Assembly: GCA_950097015.1 (NCBI GenBank)
Contig: CATNEN010000001.1
Coordinates: 22,506,001-22,570,000, forward strand
From: Macrostomum hystrix
Taxonomy: Eukaryota; Animalia; Platyhelminthes
Direction: 5' to 3'
Length of the DNA stretch: 64,000 bases
Shown here piece after piece: positions 47,532-57,702 of the stretch. Both the position numbers and the translations under genes were made by a program. The notes beneath the pieces were generated by a model, which made no database searches, had not been told where the DNA came from, and saw nothing but the letters and a program-made list of their open reading frames with translations. Within the stretch, counting starts at the first letter, position 1, and each line of letters opens with the position of its first letter.

Positions 47532-48107
47532 CTATTCTTCCTTAATGGGCGTACTCTCCACTATGTCCCCGCTATCACCTTCACCTTCCATCTGTCTCAC
47601 CATGCGGCCGAGCGTGCTGTCGCCTGGCGGCGTCTCCTCGATGGTTGATGCCTCTACCGCCCAGCTTCTCCATGGCGTAGAGGCTAGTCCGGAAGATTGC
47701 CTCCAGACTGCCTCGCCAATCCGCGATGTTACCAGCTGGTGCTCGAGATCCCATCTGCCAGGTATCCGGGTAGCCTGTAGCCAGGACATGAGGGCTTCGG
47801 GCACTGCCATGCCCCAGTCTTCTGGCGGACAGTAATGGGGCCACCGGAGATTCCAAGGCAGGGTCTCCTCGTTCTCACCTCTTGGCGGGCTCGGGTCCCG
47901 TTCCTCGACCCATGCCTGCGCCAACCACCGGGCTTCGGCTAGCCTGCATGCCAGGGCGAGATCTACTCCGGCCTGTGCCGCACGGCCCAACGCAGGGAGT
48001 AGCCACAGGCGGACCATGATCCATGTCCTCCTGCCGGCCAACTCTCGCCGATAGTCGGTGGCGACCGTCTCCAGCCACCAGGCCACAGTGATGCTCAGGC
48101 CAGCCAT
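47532..48107 (-). CDS. Orphan Trp-rich 191-aa ORF downstream of the protease
   Basis: ATG-started GC-rich ORF in the sense orientation where RT would be expected; no recognised motif. Confidence 0.55.
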   Translation of the reverse strand: MAGLSITVAWWLETVATDYRRELAGRRTWIMVRLWLLPALGRAAQAGVDLALACRLAEARWLAQAWVEERDPSPPRGENEETLPWNLRWPHYCPPEDWGMAVPEALMSWLQATRIPGRWDLEHQLVTSRIGEAVWRQSSGLASTPWRSWAVEASTIEETPPGDSTLGRMVRQMEGEGDSGDIVESTPIKEE

Positions 48108-48237
48108 GTCGACAATTTTTGTTAAAATGAACTGACTGCGTCCCTTCTAAACTTCCCGGCTCCTCCACTAACCTCCAGTCTAAATATCCACAAGGGGGAG
48201 TGGGGGGGAAAGAAAAGGGGAGGGGGGTTCCTCAGCC

Positions 48238-48783
48238 CTAAAAGGCAGGCTTCCGCCTGAGCGAGAAGGGAATAGACTGGTTGTAAATGATTAATTGGCG
48301 CGAGTCGAAATCAAGGATGGCATGGTGATGAGCCAACCAGGAGGCGCCTAGAAGGGGAGAGCAGTCGCCCTCGACCACTAAGAATAGCGTGTCCAACGCT
48401 TCGGCGCCAACCTGCAATTTGACTTTGACTTGCGCCTGTGCAATTATAGGGGTGCCATTATACGCGAATAAAGAGAATTGAGGGGGTTCGAAATGAGAAT
48501 AGGAGATGATGGATGACATCGAGCCCGGAAGCACATTCACCATTGACCCAGTGTCGATCAGGAGGTCAAGGGGTGCTCCGTCCAACTCCAAGGCGACCCA
48601 CACCTCACTGAGCTTCTCAGAGCGGTTGGGGCGGGTGCGCACTCGGGTGGGGACTCGGCCGAGTGAATTCACTCGGACTTTGATGGGGGAGGCATCAACG
48701 GGGGGGCCTCGATCGCCCGAGCTGCGTGGGGCACCTCCGGATAATCGGGCTGCCTCCAGTCGGCGGCCCCGCTCCCGTTTCCC
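48238..48783 (-). CDS. Retropepsin-like aspartic protease, reached by -1 frameshift from gag
   Basis: LDLLIDTGSMVNVL and SPLLGASWL motifs; GGGAAAC at 48783-48777; clean stop at 48240-48238. Confidence 0.9.
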   Translation of the reverse strand, partial: GKRERGRRLEAARLSGGAPRSSGDRGPPVDASPIKVRVNSLGRVPTRVRTRPNRSEKLSEVWVALELDGAPLDLLIDTGSMVNVLPGSMSSIISYSHFEPPQFSLFAYNGTPIIAQAQVKVKLQVGAEALDTLFLVVEGDCSPLLGASWLAHHHAILDFDSRQLIIYNQSIPFSLRRKPAF

Positions 48784-49742
48784 GCGGCATGGTTCCCACG
48801 GTACTTCTTCCGCGGCCCCATTGCTACCCTGGGGTACCACTGGTGCCCGGGCAGGTGCGGATGGGGCGGGCGGGCCGGGGTTGGCTGTGATTCGCGCAGC
48901 TGCCGCGTGACTTCCGCGAGCTGCTGGGAAACTTTGGCCTGTGCCTGGGCCAAGTGCTGCTGCTCACGGCGGACGGCTTGAATCTCGCCGGGGGGTTCTT
49001 GCTCCTCGGCTAGCCCGGCCCTGACCTGGCGCACTCGGCGACGGGGGTCGTGCTCAGCGGCCATCTCAAATGCCTGGGTGGCGGCGCGCAGCTCAGCGGC
49101 AGCCGCCTCTACCGTGGCGAATTCTATCCGCATCATGGGCGCCAACACCTCCGGGGGGGCCGTGATGCCTTCTAGGAAGGAGGCCAGGAGGGCTTGTTCA
49201 AAGGGTGGGCCGCGGCCATTGGGGTTGACCTGGGTGGCCACAGATCGCAGGCGGTCAGCGAACGAGGCGTATGACTCGCCTCTGTCCTGCTTAAGGTTGC
49301 GCCCGCTAAGGAGCCGGGCATAGGGTGTGCAGGCGCCGCTGAGGGCCTCGGTCAGGTCTTGCACAAACCGCGGGTAGGTCACTCGGCGCGGCAGGCTCAT
49401 GGCCTGGGTCAAGGGTTCGCCCCCTAAGTGAGCCAGGAGGGTGAGGATTTTCTCCTCCTCCGTCTCAAGACCCTCGGCCTCGACCTTCAAATTAAACCTG
49501 CGCAGCCAGCGGGGAAAAGAGTCCTTCGCCGACTCGAAAGGTTCTAGAGCAATTTTTACTCGGTGGGTCCTAGCCCGTCGCGGCTCTAAGCGCTCCATCA
49601 GGGAGGCTAGGCGCTCCACTGGGTCTGCTGGCTGGGCTGCCGCAGTTGCTGGGGGTTCGGCTCGCGCTGCTGCTACAGCGCGGCCTCTCGGTGGGCGGGC
49701 ACTGCCAACGGCCTCCACCACCTCATCCTCCTGGTCAGACAT
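48669..49742 (-). CDS. gag: Gag-like protein, 357 aa, no CCHC knuckle
   Basis: MSDQEDE start; PFESAKDSFPRWLRRF, LLAHLGGE, LKQDRGESYASFADRL and FLEGI align by eye with family B Gag. Confidence 0.88.
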   Translation of the reverse strand: MSDQEDEVVEAVGSARPPRGRAVAAARAEPPATAAAQPADPVERLASLMERLEPRRARTHRVKIALEPFESAKDSFPRWLRRFNLKVEAEGLETEEEKILTLLAHLGGEPLTQAMSLPRRVTYPRFVQDLTEALSGACTPYARLLSGRNLKQDRGESYASFADRLRSVATQVNPNGRGPPFEQALLASFLEGITAPPEVLAPMMRIEFATVEAAAAELRAATQAFEMAAEHDPRRRVRQVRAGLAEEQEPPGEIQAVRREQQHLAQAQAKVSQQLAEVTRQLRESQPTPARPPHPHLPGHQWYPRVAMGPRKKYRGNHAAGNGSGAADWRQPDYPEVPHAARAIEAPPLMPPPSKSE

Positions 49743-50182
49743 GTTGGCCACAGAGGGAATGAGGATTTTGCGAGTTAAGAGGGGGTTTGTCGCTAAAGCA
49801 ACACTGGGGATGAGAAAAAGTGGGCTAAGCGGGGTGCTGCACACGGCAGTGGCCGCGGAGAATAAGCAATTGAAAAACCCGGCCCTAGCGAACAAAGACT
49901 GCGATGCAGCGGCCGATAAAGCGATAAATGAAAAACTGATAGGAGAGAAAAAGGGCCCGGGGCCCTGGCTAGCTCTACTTCCAGCCTTGGCTTCCGACAA
50001 CTGCTTGCGCGCACTCGAACTTGGGACATAGGAGTCTAGGTTTTAACTTAGCACTCATTCAGCAACCCTATAGCGGACTGTTACACTACAGGTACGGCGG
50101 GGCCAGTACTACTGCAAGCTTGCGCCTGCAGCAGCCTATCGCCCTACCTTGGAAAGTACACGACTTCAATAAGTTACTCAAG

Positions 50183-50719
50183 AAGGCTAATCCCCGATTC
50201 GCTCAGAGGGCCCTTCCCGGGGGGGTGGCCGGGGGCTTCGCCTCCGCGATTTACAAGGCTGGGAAGTCCAGGTATTTTACCTCTGGAGCCTCGCTTCGGC
50301 TTAGGAGTCCGTGGCTTAAGCCCGGTAACTGCGTTTAGACTACCCTTCAGAGAGCTTCTTAGAAAAGGACGTGCCGACCGATTTCTAGCCCATCCCCAAG
50401 GTCGGCAGTTTCAGGGCGCGGGCACGGGCGTCCTTAGACTCCCTCAGGGTCCCGACCCTAAACTATTCCGCCCCTAAGTTAGGCTTAGTCAAAGTTACGT
50501 GGCACCTTCAGAATCAGGAACATGAAAAACGGGCCCTGCGTGATGCCCAAGGAAAGGCTAACCCCCGATTCGCTCAGAGGGCCCTTCCTGGGGGGGGTGG
50601 CCAGGGGCTTCGCCTCTGCGATTTACAAGGCCGGGAAGTCCAGGTATTTCTCCTCTGGAGCCTCGCTTCGGCTTAGGGGTCCGTGGCTTAGAGCCCGGTT
50701 ACTCCGTTTAGATTACCCT
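50183..50719. repeat. Two ~165-bp direct repeats in the family C 5' leader (50183-50346, 50554-50719)
   Basis: AAGGCTAAYCCCCGATTCGCTCAGAGGGCCCTTCC...GTTTAGAYTACCCT in both. Confidence 0.9.
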
Positions 50720-51092
50720 CGCCTAGAACAATCACGCAGGAAAACCCCGCAGACAGTCCCCGACTCCTGCAGTAGCCACATAACCCGAAGACACTCTAGC
50801 ATGAAGTCCACTCACACAGCCTACTCATAGTAGAAAGTCACTAATCAGAATTTTTAGAAACTCTAACAAAACCTTACATTAACTGTCAATGTAAGCTCCG
50901 AAGTCCGAATCAAATTGAAACTGTTCAAAGAAAATAATTTGACAGTTACTCGGAACTGAAGTCCAGTCTCCAGAGATAAGATTCCGGCATACGGATAATG
51001 AAATCTAGAAGGAGCCCTTACGGCTAGCTACTACAGAAATCTGCAGCGCTAAACTAACAATTGAAATTCAAGTTCGTTTCGCGCCCTTTCTA

Positions 51093-51113
51093 GATCCCAC
51101 CCCGATGCCACCA
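51093..51113 (-). promoter_or_regulatory. Primer binding site, tRNA-Leu-like
   Basis: TGGTGGCATCGGGGTGGGATC one base after the LTR end; resembles the complement of tRNA-Leu 3' ends (TGGTGGCAGCGGTGGGAT). Confidence 0.75.
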
Positions 51114-51114
51114 T

Positions 51115-53435
51115 TGAAATAGTCGCGGGTTTGCAATCCGATGATCTGTCCTCGTGGAGGAAAGGAGTGTGGGGATGGCGATAGGGTCAGAAGTCGTACC
51201 GCAAAGTCTCGCGAGTTGCCGCGGAAAGAGGGATGAAGGGAGAGATGAAGGGAGAGACAGTGGATGCAGGGAGTGGTCCTCTCGGCCTCAGGCTGGCCAG
51301 TCCCACTCAACCCATAGGCCACAGGCATGACTGCCGTGCCTACCCCAAGCAGTGCTCGAAACCGGCTAAAAGTCTAAATAGATGTCGGACTACCCGCAAA
51401 CGGATAGGACAGGGCTATGCAGCCTACTGTCATCAGTAGCATGTTCGTAACTGACCCCTAAACTCGGTAGCAGTGGTCGACTCGGCCTAGGCTCTTGTCT
51501 TAGAAATGTGGAAAGGCTGTCGGCAAGCGGAAAATGATCTAGGGTAGCGCCACCACCTAATGCGCCTACGTTGCCACCGCAGACATTTGGGAACTTGGGT
51601 CCCCGGAGCTCGCGGCTCCTAGTTTGTCACACAGATCTTAGACAAGCCGAAAAAATAGAGCCTTCTGTAACTTCCGTTTTAGACTAGGGTGAAGACCCCA
51701 GAATGGATCGAGACACGCCTCACCAGGGGATTCCTGAAATTGCGCTACAGTGGTCTAGAAAGGTGGTACTCAGAACCTGAAAGAGAAACCCATAGCCAGA
51801 ATCCTACTCATGGGACATCAGACACATTCTGTACATTAGACTGCAGCCTACACATTAGATAACTAGCAATCCGAGTCTGTGTGAGTTGAGGAAAACAGAG
51901 GCAGGAGAGATTAAGCTGAACACTGGCTGAGTGATTATGCGAGCGTAAGATTAAAAGATCATCACCCCCCACTCCCTTGGCGGTGGGAGCGAGAGGGGGG
52001 AACGGAAGGGAAACTCAATTGGCAGAGGAGCTTGACACGCACTCCCAGTTCCGCCAGGAAACGAGGAAAACCCGCCAAGGAATTCCCCACCCCTGGGCAG
52101 AAAGACAACACGTGCTACACCCCGCATTTTACTTGCAAATCCCTAGCTCCATATTGCTCTCATACGCGCTTACAATTTCCTTCCTGCCGCAGCTTTCAGC
52201 TCGGCTGTGCCAGAGCCCATTCCCCTAATAGATTAGCCACTCATGGTAGAGGGCTGTCTAAGGTTAAAATAAAGGTGAAAAGGAGACATAATAAGAGAAG
52301 TTAAGTTGTTATAAAGTTAAGCCCAATAAGTTAAAAGTGCTTAGATTGGATAGTTTATTAGGCGAAAAAGTTCCTAGCTTCCCTCCCACTAAATGCCGCT
52401 TAACTAATAGAAAGCCCCTTAGGAGCAATAATTGCAAACCGCTGCGCGGATTACTTATCTGGACGCTTCGGCCGCGTGCTGCAATCCCGTTGTTCTCGGG
52501 GAAGAGGACGGGGTAAGATAGTAAAAGCCGGGAAGGGAAAGATGCTGCGAGTCGGCAGGGGGCCAACACGCTTGGAGCTCAAGGCTCAATTTAACAGCTC
52601 ACCTAAAGAGGTGGCTCGCGCTCAGGGGGAACGGGGACAGGCAATGGGCCTGCACTAACTGTGGAGCTATGAGCTCTAGGGTCTATGCCCTAACTGGGTC
52701 TGGGGGATAAGTCCTGGGTCCGGTGGGAGTCCGGCCCGGCAAAAGTAAGTCCGGCAGGGGAGAAGGGGAAGAGCCGGTGGGAGAAAAGAGGTCCTAGAGG
52801 GAGCAGCGCCGCGCGCTTGCTTAAATAGGCCTTGCAGCACGCCAACCCCGACATCCATCAAAGCAACCCACATTCGCGCCCGCCTGTCAACGGGGAATCG
52901 AAGCGACGACAGGCCGCCCCAATTGCCCAATGAACCGGCGGCGGGAAACGACAGGTGCTCATCGAGAGCAGCCATCGGCAGACGGCCAACAATTGTTACT
53001 CCGCCGGGACAATGGAAGCGCAGGCGCCGACCTGCCTACAGTGATATTTACACGTATCTAAAGGAAGGAGGTCATAAAGTCGAGCTGGGCTCGAATACTG
53101 TAAAGAAGCGGGGACATGAAGAATTTTATGATCACTCATAACGCGTGAGTGAGCCCCTATATCTGATCGCGGTTTGGAGGGGAATTATGACCTAAACTAG
53201 TTCATACAGTAACATTATGGCCGCGATCAGTCATTCCTACGGGGAGTCTAGACAACTCCGGAGAGAGAGGATTCGACAGCTACTTGATTCACCGCCGCCT
53301 CAAACCCGGCCCTAAGATTAATGATCTTGTTTTGTGACCAGCTGCTGGGTGGGTCGCAATTATTAGTTACTTAAAAATTTGAAAAATTATGCTGGCTCAC
53401 ATTCCCACTCGATTCCAGCAGCACACTCCACATCA
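51115..53435 (-). repeat. 5' LTR of family C element (2321 bp)
   Basis: Direct repeat of 42476-44796, adjacent to the PBS. Confidence 0.97.
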
Positions 53436-53489
53436 GTTGTGTGTATGTGTGTGTGCTTTTGCGAATTTTGTATACCAGCTTATACATCT

Positions 53490-53845
53490 CGAGGGTCCTC
53501 ACAATGGCTCCACTTTGGTCAATTGAAACTGTTAGCTCGTGCTCATTGTCCGTAGTGCTGTACCTGGGATCCGCCTTCTTCACCCAGCCGCCGGATATGC
53601 GGATGGCCACGCCCTCACGGCACACGTCTAGGAAAGGCTTAAGATCCTTTCCGAACACGCTTACACGAATATCGCCGGTGTCGTCACAGAGGATAAAGGA
53701 GAACACTTGGCCTCGTCCTCTTTTGCCTTCAAAGTCCGTGATTTTGGACAGCCTCATTACCAGGCCAACGATCGCAGCGTGCATCAGGCCCGGAAGCAGA
53801 GCAGAGATACACACTGCTTTTCTTGGCTCCTTCGCATGACTCCAT
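53490..53845 (-). pseudogene. RPA70-like gene, second paralogue, frameshifted and truncated after OB1
   Basis: ATG at 53845 gives MESCEGAKKS, then after a frameshift VCISALLPGLMHAAIVGLV...GQVFSFILCDDTGDIRVSVFG...GGWVKKAD; clearly homologous to the 13205 gene. Confidence 0.85.
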
Positions 53846-54669
53846 ACTGCTCGATTGTTGATTGTCAAAAATATAGATGATAAATTTCACAAATAAGTCC
53901 TTTATGGCTTGTAGTTTGATAGTTTCAGCATCAAGGCCAATTGTGCTAGTTTTTACTGCAGCATTTCGGACAACCCCAACTCTGATGACTCATATCAATG
54001 GCATGATTCGGTGCTAATTGAGGGTGCCATGTAAAGATCAATAATAAGATCTGGCTAACCAATCAGAAAGAATTTTGTTCTGCAATTTTCTAATCCACCC
54101 ACTGGGCTACTTGTTGTGGATTGGCTGGTGATTGCCTTAGCTCTTAAATTGCTATTTTATGTGCAGTGTCGGGTGTCAGAGTCGATTATGGTGCGACTTG
54201 TTATGCAATCAGTTTTCGACACACTTTAATAATAGAACACCAAAACAATCTTATATGCACAGTGTAATTGGGGCGCCAGTGCGGCGTGTGGCTAAAAATA
54301 GAGGTTTTCAAGTTAGCCAACAGCAGTTAGCTGCATTCATTTAAAGTGCTTTCATTTAAGTGCCCGTGCCAGACCCACCCTAGTGAGACGGTTCAGTCAT
54401 CACCAACAGCTAAAGCCTCATGAAGCTTACCAATGAAGCCTCACCCGACTTTAACTGGGGTTGGGGTGGCCCTAAGCTGGTAGTCATTTTTGACCAATAA
54501 GAAACGGGCTTTAATAAAAATGAAATGAGTTTTGTTTGGTTTGCAAGGCTTTCAAACCAATCTTGCTAATTCTTGCTTGGCGTGGGTGAGCGTATATAAC
54601 CCAGAGCCTAAAATATATTCTTCCATTCATCCATTTATTCCTCGCAATCCAATCTAAACAATTAACGAA

Positions 54670-55133
54670 ATGAAGTTCACGCAAAATTTCTTCGGCGGCG
54701 GCGAGCGGCATGGAGGCCGTGGCGGTGGCCAGCGTAAACCAAGTAAGTCTCATTTCTAAGTCTCATTCTCGTAATTATACGTCTTTCGAAACCACCTGTA
54801 GAGTAAAATTGCACTTTGCCAAACTTAACAGTCGCCTGTTATCTCTGCGCCGGACCCCACCCCGTGGCCCGCTGCCCGGAGCTGGCTGAGCTGCGGCTGC
54901 AGCAGCAGCAGCAGCAGCAGCAGAAGCAGCAGGACCAGCAGCAGCAGCTGCATCATGAGCGGCAGCCGGACCAGCAGCAGCAGCTGCATCACGAGCGGCA
55001 GCAGAAAAAGCAGGCACCTCAGCAGCAGCATCATGAGCGGCAGCCACCTAAGAAACAACCGCCACCTAAGCAGCAGCCAGCGAAGCAGCGATCTAATGAG
55101 GAGGAGGACGAAGAGGAGCCAATGTTCTTCTAA
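54670..55133 (+). CDS. Small RGG / CCHC-like knuckle / polyQ / acidic-tail protein, 2 exons (54670-54742, 54832-55133), ~124 aa
   Basis: MKFTQNFFGGGERHGGRGGGQRKP, phase-1 intron GTAAGT...ACAG, then IACYLCAGPHPVARCPELAELRLQQQ...EEEDEEEPMFF*; TATATAA at ~54594; AATAAA at ~55169. Confidence 0.8.
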
Positions 55134-55269
55134 TTTCTTCGGTCCACAATATTACTTGAGTTTAGAAAAATAAAAAGTAAAGCAAGTAAATAAGTTAAAA
55201 AATTAAAAATGAAATAAAAAATTGCAACTATATTTTGATTAATTGATTCTCTTTTGTCTTCAATTTGAT

Positions 55270-55660
55270 TTCAGTGACAATAATATCAGTAGTGAGGTGG
55301 GGGTTGGGCAGATGCTCCTGCAGAAATCGCCACCAGCAAGACCAGAAACCCTGCACAGTTTGATCAAATAGATCTATTCCCAGGTGTCAGTCTTTCTGCT
55401 TGCTGGCTGCAAGTCCTCATGGGAGATTGAATTTGAGAAGTCAATATTAGTAAAATAAGAAATGCAGCAATCAATCCACTTTAGGCCAGTTGATAACTGC
55501 AAACTCATTCTCACATATTTCAGTGACAATGAAATCAGTAGTGAGGTTGGTTGGGCAGATGCTCCTGCAGAAATTGCCACCAGCAAGACCAGAAACCCGG
55601 CACAGTTTGATCAAATAGATCTATTCTCAGGTGTCAGTCTTTCTGCTTGCTGGCTTCAAC
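55270..55660. repeat. Two ~140-bp direct repeats (~55270-55410, ~55518-55655)
   Basis: TTCAGTGACAAT...GGGCAGATGCTCCTGCAGAAAT...GTCAGTCTTTCTGCTTGCTGGCT in both. Confidence 0.9.
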
Positions 55661-55799
55661 TCCGCATCGTAGGAGACATGCATGGGGGCTAAGTAATGCA
55701 CTCAGCACACTCAGCAGCTGGGAACACGTCTTAGTTGCACGTCTCAGTAAGCAAAATTGCCCTGTCTTACTTGTAAATAACTAATCAAAATAACATAAC

Positions 55800-55910
55800 C
55801 AGTTCACAATGTTCCCGCTGTTGACAATGATACCCAAGTTGACAATGAACCCCAAGTTGACAATGATCCCCCCCAGTTGACAATGATCCCCCAGTTGACA
55901 ATGATACCTC
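55800..55910. repeat. 18-bp minisatellite, same unit as 30190-30510
   Basis: About 6 copies of GTTGACAATGATCCCCCA-like units. Confidence 0.88.
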
Positions 55911-56156
55911 AGATCCTCCGGGGAGCAGAAGCAAAGTATGGGATTAAGACAATTTCCCCTCCGCATTAAGCCAATTTCCAGATAGTATAGTGTTATGTTT
56001 GCCTCGCCATCCCTTCCCTTCCCTACGTTTCCAGCAAATTTCCGTTTATCATCATCATGCTATTTGCCAATTATTTGCCATAGTGGAACAGGCGTTTGGC
56101 AGTACATTCTTAGCAGTTTAGCCACAATAACCATATTATCAAAAGTGATCTGACGG

Positions 56157-56972
56157 TGAAATGGGTAGGGTCTTTTGCAAGCCGATGACCGCCCTCGTGA
56201 TTAGATAGGAGCGTGGAGAAAAGGCGATAGAGTCGAAGGTCGATCGCGCTGCCGCCGCGAGTTGTCGCGGAGAGGGATGAGACGAAGGGAGGGATGAAGG
56301 GAGAGATGGAGGGAGAGATGAGGCGGTACAAAGGATGCAGGGAGTGGTCCTATTGGCCTCAGGCTGGCCAGTCCCACTCGTCCCATAGGCCACAGGCATG
56401 ACTGCCGTGCCTACCCCTAGCAATGCTCGAACCCGGCTAAAAGTCTAAAGTGAGGTGTCGGAATATCCGTAAACAGATAGGACAGGGCCAGAGTGCCTAC
56501 TGTCGTCAGTAGCATGTAAATAACCGACTCCTAACCTTGGTAGCGGTGGTCGAAACGGCACAGGCTCTTGTCACAGAAATGCGGAAAGGCTATTGGCAAA
56601 GCGGAAAATGATCTCGGGTAGCGCCACCACCCAATGCGCCTACGTTGCCACCGCAGACATTTGGGAACTTGGGTCCCCGGAGTGCACAGCTCCCAGTTCA
56701 TCACACAGATCTAGACAAACCGAAAAATAGGGCATTCTGCAACTTCCGTTTTAGACTGGGGAGAGAGCCCCAGAATGGATCGAGACACGCCTCAACAGGG
56801 GATTCCTGAATTCGCGCTACAGGGGTCTAGAAAGGTGGTACTAAGAACTCGAATGAAAAATCCATAGCCAGAATCCTACCCGTGAAACATCAGACACATT
56901 CCTTACATTACACTGCAGCCTACACATTAAGTAACTAACAAATCGAATCTGTGTGAGTTGAGGAAATCAGAG
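56157..56972 (-). repeat. Diverged family C LTR, interrupted by family B copy 2
   Basis: Starts TGAAAT and is collinear with 42476-43261 up to GTGAGTTGAGGAAATCAGAG, where the family B LTR begins. Confidence 0.9.
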
Positions 56973-57639
56973 TGATGTGCTGTAGACTGCTGAGCAGCCT
57001 CCAGGCAATCTGTGAGTCAGGCTGTTCTAGGTCTGTGGGAGGGCTAGGGTTGGTAGTTAGTGTTTCCCGTGCACGGTCACTTCCGCTCGCCACCCCCCTC
57101 CTCTCTCGTTCTCTCATTCCAGCTCTGTCTGCGCACTGAGTCACATTGCACACCATGGTGCAATCGCTTAAGTTCGGAAGAAGACTGGCATAACAACGCT
57201 CAAATGCTCCTACTATAAGTAGAGCACAGTCTGACGAATCCTTGAGATCGTGTTAGTGCCATGGTAGCACAATTTCTGTATGAATATGGCACGTTTCTTG
57301 TCTCCAGTCTTCGTACCCGCTCGGAACAGTTTGTGATTACTTTCTGTGTCCATTCTTTTGGCTCTCTAAAGATCTTAGACAATTCTTGTTGGTCTAGGTC
57401 ACACACTGCATTTAGAAGCTTGGTGTGTCACCCGATCAAGCATAAGATCTGAGAGTTTAGCTAGGAAGTGGACTAAGTAGAAGAAGTCCCGAGAGAACTT
57501 AGCTGTCTAAGCCTGACTACCGGATTGTTCTTCTGCTAGGAAGCATCTGAGTGTGAGGCCGGATACTCTCTCTCTCGGAATCTAGTTCCTGTCTTGGTTA
57601 TTTGCCAATTGTGTGTGCCACGCTACCACAGGTACAACA
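56973..57639 (+). repeat. 5' LTR of family B copy 2 (667 bp)
   Basis: TGATGTG...GGTACAACA followed by the PBS. Confidence 0.9.
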
Positions 57640-57702
57640 TTGGTGGCAAAGCGGTGTGATTCGAGTTAGCCTTTTTACTCATTCACTGCGGAAACGAACG
57701 CC

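Larger units (their letters stand above)
42476..53435 (-). mobile_element. Non-autonomous LTR retroelement (family C), 10960 bp, encoding Gag and protease only
   Basis: 2321-bp near-identical LTRs; 4-bp TSD GTTG (42472-42475 and 53436-53439); PBS TGGTGGCATCGGGGTGGGATC (51113-51093); PPT GAAAGTGAGCGAAGGTGGAG next to 44797; no RT, RNase H or integrase motif seen. Confidence 0.93.
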
